A DNA stretch of 64,000 nt from contig JAUMSH010000086.1 of NCBI GenBank assembly GCA_031292915.1, positions 16,450 through 80,449 of the forward strand, in the 5' to 3' direction. The notes beneath the pieces are model-generated. The model saw only the letters and a program-made list of their open reading frames with translations. It made no database searches and was not told the DNA's origin. The stretch's first letter is position 1, and every line of letters begins with the position of its first letter. Made by a program: the position numbers and the translations under genes. The stretch comes from Collinsella sp. GTDB lineage: Bacteria > Actinomycetota > Coriobacteriia > Coriobacteriales > Coriobacteriaceae. Of this stretch, positions 61,016-64,000 are shown one piece after another.

Positions 61016-62644
61016 CTAGGCACGCGCCTCCGCAAGCATCTGTTTGGCGTGCGCCAGGCTTGCCTCGGACTGATCGCCGCTCAACATGCGGGCGATCTCG
61101 GCGGTACGCGCTTCGCCGGTTACCTCGTCCAAATGCGTCTGGGGAACATCGCCTGGTTCCTTGCTGACAACATAATGCTTGTCGGCCATGACGGCGACCT
61201 GCGCCAAGTGGGTTACGACAATCACCTGATGCGTAGAGGCGAGATCTGCGAGCACGCCCGCGAGTGCACGCGCCGTGGAGCCACCGACACCAGCATCGAC
61301 CTCGTCAAACACCAGCGTATCGACACCGTCCGCGTTACCGAGGACAACCTTACTTGCCAGCATGACGCGGCTGAGCTCGCCGCCCGACGCAATGCGGCGC
61401 AGGGGACGTGGCGTCAAGCCGGCACCGCTGCGGTATAGCAGCTCGTAGCTCGAAGGACCAACGGGCGTCCACTCAGCACGGGGAAGATCGCGCGACTCCC
61501 AGACGAGCTCGGCACTACCCATCTCCAAGCGCGCCATCTGGCGGCCAACCTCGTGGCAGAAGCGCGGGGCCGCCGTATTGCGAGCGCGCTTAAGTGCCTT
61601 GGCAGCGGCAAACAACTCGCGCTCGGCGCTCCCGAGTGCCTCACGCGCCTTTTTGATCTGCTCATCGCCATCATCGACCAGGGACAGCAGTTCTTGCGAG
61701 CGATCGCGCATGGCAAAAACATCGTCCATAGTGGGACCCCACTGACGCAACAGACCCTTGAGGTCGGAATACCGCTCACGCATGCGAGCGAGCTCGCGCG
61801 GGTCGAAGGCGACGCCATCGCGATAGGAACGAAGCTCGTTCGCGCAATCCTCAAGGGAGATACAGGCATCCGAAAGCGCATCGGCAATGTCGCCCAGCTT
61901 GCGATCGACGGCAGCCATACGGGAAAGCTCTGCCACGGCACTGTTCACGGCATCGAGCGCTCCCCCTTCGGCAGCAAGCGATGCATGGGCATCATTGGCC
62001 GTGGCAACCAGTACCTCGGCATGTTCGGAGCGCGGCAGCAGTTCCTCGAGTTCCTCATACTCGCCCGGTTTGGGGTCGACCTCGCCGATGCGCTCGAGCG
62101 CAAAGCGCGCCTCCTCGACGCGGCTCCCCTGCGCACGCGAGGCCTCTTCAACACGTCGAACCTCCTTGGCGGCGGCACGCGATGCCTTAAAGCAGGCGCG
62201 GTACGCATCCAGCGCCTCGAGCGCAGAGCGTCCCGCCCACGCATCAACCATCGCAACGTGATGCGCCGGATCGAGCAAGCGTTGGTGCTCGTGCTGGCCG
62301 CACAAATCCATCATCACGCCAACGCGCTCCGAAAGCTCGCGCACGCTGGCGATGCGGCCGTCAATCTTGACGCGGCTGCGACCCTCGGCAGAAAGGCTGC
62401 GCTGCACGGTAAAGCCCTCCGCGTCGTGTGGGCCGTCAAACAGGCGCGCCTCGACGCTCGCCAGCGCCTCGCCCTCACGCACCGTCGACGAATCCGCGCG
62501 CTCGCCCAAAATAAGCTTGAGCGCCGAGAGCAGCGCAGTCTTGCCGGCGCCGGTCTCACCGGTCAGGACAGTCAGGCCGGCACTCGGCACCAGCGTCGCC
62601 TCGCGAATGAGTGCAATGTTAGAAACCTGCAGCTCATCGATCAT
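61016..62644 (-). CDS. recN: DNA repair protein RecN
   Basis: N-terminal LTVLTGETGAGKTALL, a long coiled-coil, and C-terminal ASGGELSRVMLA and LVFDEVDAGVGG. Confidence 0.94.
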   Translation of the reverse strand: MIDELQVSNIALIREATLVPSAGLTVLTGETGAGKTALLSALKLILGERADSSTVREGEALASVEARLFDGPHDAEGFTVQRSLSAEGRSRVKIDGRIASVRELSERVGVMMDLCGQHEHQRLLDPAHHVAMVDAWAGRSALEALDAYRACFKASRAAAKEVRRVEEASRAQGSRVEEARFALERIGEVDPKPGEYEELEELLPRSEHAEVLVATANDAHASLAAEGGALDAVNSAVAELSRMAAVDRKLGDIADALSDACISLEDCANELRSYRDGVAFDPRELARMRERYSDLKGLLRQWGPTMDDVFAMRDRSQELLSLVDDGDEQIKKAREALGSAERELFAAAKALKRARNTAAPRFCHEVGRQMARLEMGSAELVWESRDLPRAEWTPVGPSSYELLYRSGAGLTPRPLRRIASGGELSRVMLASKVVLGNADGVDTLVFDEVDAGVGGSTARALAGVLADLASTHQVIVVTHLAQVAVMADKHYVVSKEPGDVPQTHLDEVTGEARTAEIARMLSGDQSEASLAHAKQMLAEARA

Positions 62645-63494
62645 GACGGACTCCGTAGAATACGCGGCTCACCGAGTTATAGAAGCTCTCGGGGCCGTAA
62701 TCCAGCAGCAGCACATCGCCGGGCCCACGACGCACCGCCACGCTCTCAACGGTGCCATCACAGGTAATAAACTGCCCATCGATAGCGATCGCCGGAACGC
62801 TCGGACGGTCATCAGACATAAAGATTTCGACGACATCACTCGGCGAAGTCAAGAAGGCACGGGCCTGAATGGTGTGCGGCGCAATGGGTACGCAGACCAT
62901 GCCCGTATAGTCGGGGCTCACGATGGGGCCACCGGCACTGAGCGCGTAACCCGTAGAACCAGTCGCCGTGGACACGACCACGCCGTCGCCACGCAGTCGA
63001 TCGATATGGTGGCCCGACACCGTGATGTCGAACTCAACCATATCGGACAGGGGGCCGCGCGTGAGCGCCATGTCGTTCAGGGCGAAAGTGCGCACGACAT
63101 CCTTCGTACCGTCTTCGCGCACGGACACGATATCCGCGGCGATGGTAGCGCGACGGCTCACGTGCAGCTCACCGGACAGGGCGTCGCTCACGACCTGCAG
63201 AATGTCGCGCTCCTCGGGACTCGCAGCAGTTAAAAAGCCCAGGTGACCATAGGAAAGACCGAGGATAGGAATCTCACGATGGTTGAGGATGCGGGCAGCG
63301 CGCAGCAACGTGCCGTCGCCGCCGAGCGTAATGACCAGATCGGAGCCGTCAATATCAGGCGTGCTCTGAATCTTGGATCGCTGGTCGGCAGCCCATGCGA
63401 CCTCATAGCCCTGACGAGTGAGCCAAAGCTCGAGCATCAGGCCGCTCTCGACCGCCTCTTGCTTGTAGTAATTGGGAACCAGAAAGACCTTCAT
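62634..63494 (-). CDS. nadK: NAD+ kinase
   Basis: ITLGGDGTLLRAAR and TGSTGYALSAGGPIV motifs. Confidence 0.93.
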   Translation of the reverse strand: MKVFLVPNYYKQEAVESGLMLELWLTRQGYEVAWAADQRSKIQSTPDIDGSDLVITLGGDGTLLRAARILNHREIPILGLSYGHLGFLTAASPEERDILQVVSDALSGELHVSRRATIAADIVSVREDGTKDVVRTFALNDMALTRGPLSDMVEFDITVSGHHIDRLRGDGVVVSTATGSTGYALSAGGPIVSPDYTGMVCVPIAPHTIQARAFLTSPSDVVEIFMSDDRPSVPAIAIDGQFITCDGTVESVAVRRGPGDVLLLDYGPESFYNSVSRVFYGVRHDR

Positions 63495-64000
63495 AGCGTT
63501 GCAGCTTTCTCGCTCATAACCGATACCTGGGATTGCAGCTCGTCTTGCGAGCGGTCGCCAGATTCAAATCTAGTACCGTACAGGAAAAACTCAACGTTGC
63601 CCTTGGCACCATGAATGGGTGACACGCACACATCGACCGGGAACAGGCCCTTGGCGGCAAAGAGTTCAACCGCCGCCACGAGTGTATCGCGGCGCACGGC
63701 GGGATCGGTCACAATACCGCCCTCGCCCACCAGCGCCGCCGGAGCCTCAAACTGCGGCTTTACGAGCGTGCAGAATGCACCCGTAGGAGCCAGGCAGGCC
63801 AGTACCGCATCGATAATGTTCGCGATGCTGGTAAACGAGACATCACACACAGCCAGGTCGATGGTGCCGGCATAGCCAAGCTCAGGCAGCTGCGTCACGT
63901 TTGTGCGCTCATGCAGCGTCACGCGATCGTCCTGACGCAATGACCAATCGAACTGGGCGCGACCCACGTCCACCGAGACAACGGTCGCAGCGCCGCGCTT
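63491..64000 (-). CDS. tlyA: TlyA-family rRNA 2'-O-methyltransferase (N-terminus outside window)
   Basis: DVSFTSI, LVKPQFEA and GAKGNVEFF motifs. The frame is open to base 64000, with an ATGA overlap with nadK. Confidence 0.85.
   Translation of the reverse strand, partial: KRGAATVVSVDVGRAQFDWSLRQDDRVTLHERTNVTQLPELGYAGTIDLAVCDVSFTSIANIIDAVLACLAPTGAFCTLVKPQFEAPAALVGEGGIVTDPAVRRDTLVAAVELFAAKGLFPVDVCVSPIHGAKGNVEFFLYGTRFESGDRSQDELQSQVSVMSEKAATL

Noticed and set aside
61553-62767. 404-codon plus-strand ORF opposite recN
   Set aside because: It is an antisense artefact of a well-supported recN.

Overview
This 64-kb chromosomal segment comes from a high-GC, Gram-positive-type genome. The gene order looks Coriobacteriia/Actinomycetota-like, but that taxon call is my inference only. 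All protein calls rest on motifs I recognise in the supplied translations; no searches were run.

Gene order, left to right:
- Glycogen operon: glgC (5' partial), glgD, glgA (with a long basic tail), then a single-chain GH13::GH77 enzyme.
- An FmdB-type zinc-ribbon gene.
- Minus-strand housekeeping genes priA-def-fmt-rsmB and gltX, then metK.
- A fused beta-alpha L-serine dehydratase and an L,D-transpeptidase.
- A MacAB-like adaptor/ATPase/permease trio.
- A visibly higher-GC, ~16-kb anaerobic cobalamin operon of 17 mostly overlapping cistrons on the minus strand: cbiF-D-(L remnant)-G-H-ET-A, cobT-U-S, cobU'::cobC, cbiB, cobD, cobQ, cobO, cbiC, cbiJ.
- Divergent from that operon, a sigma70-type promoter plus cobalamin-riboswitch-like leader. 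It drives an exported CbiK-like lipoprotein, a second lipoprotein, a BtuF/FecB-type binding lipoprotein with an extra N-domain, a FecCD permease and an extended ATPase.
- A lower-GC patch: radical-SAM gene, TetR, and an LPG-synthase-TM/flippase-like protein.
- Two identical tRNA-Glu(CUC) genes, then cca.
- Two pfkB paralogues, ptsI, ptsH, a fructose-type EIIB-C-A and rpiR.
- recN, nadK and tlyA (partial).

Non-coding highlights:
- A ~68-bp palindromic repeat family (5 full copies and 1 half copy) sits at gene 3' ends.
- Two copies of a 68-69-nt conserved core lie inside unrelated long inverted repeats. The central hairpin of the core shows three compensatory base-pair changes between the copies.
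- Several other long intergenic inverted repeats are present.

Many long ORFs in the track are antisense or out-of-frame artefacts of high GC and are rejected.
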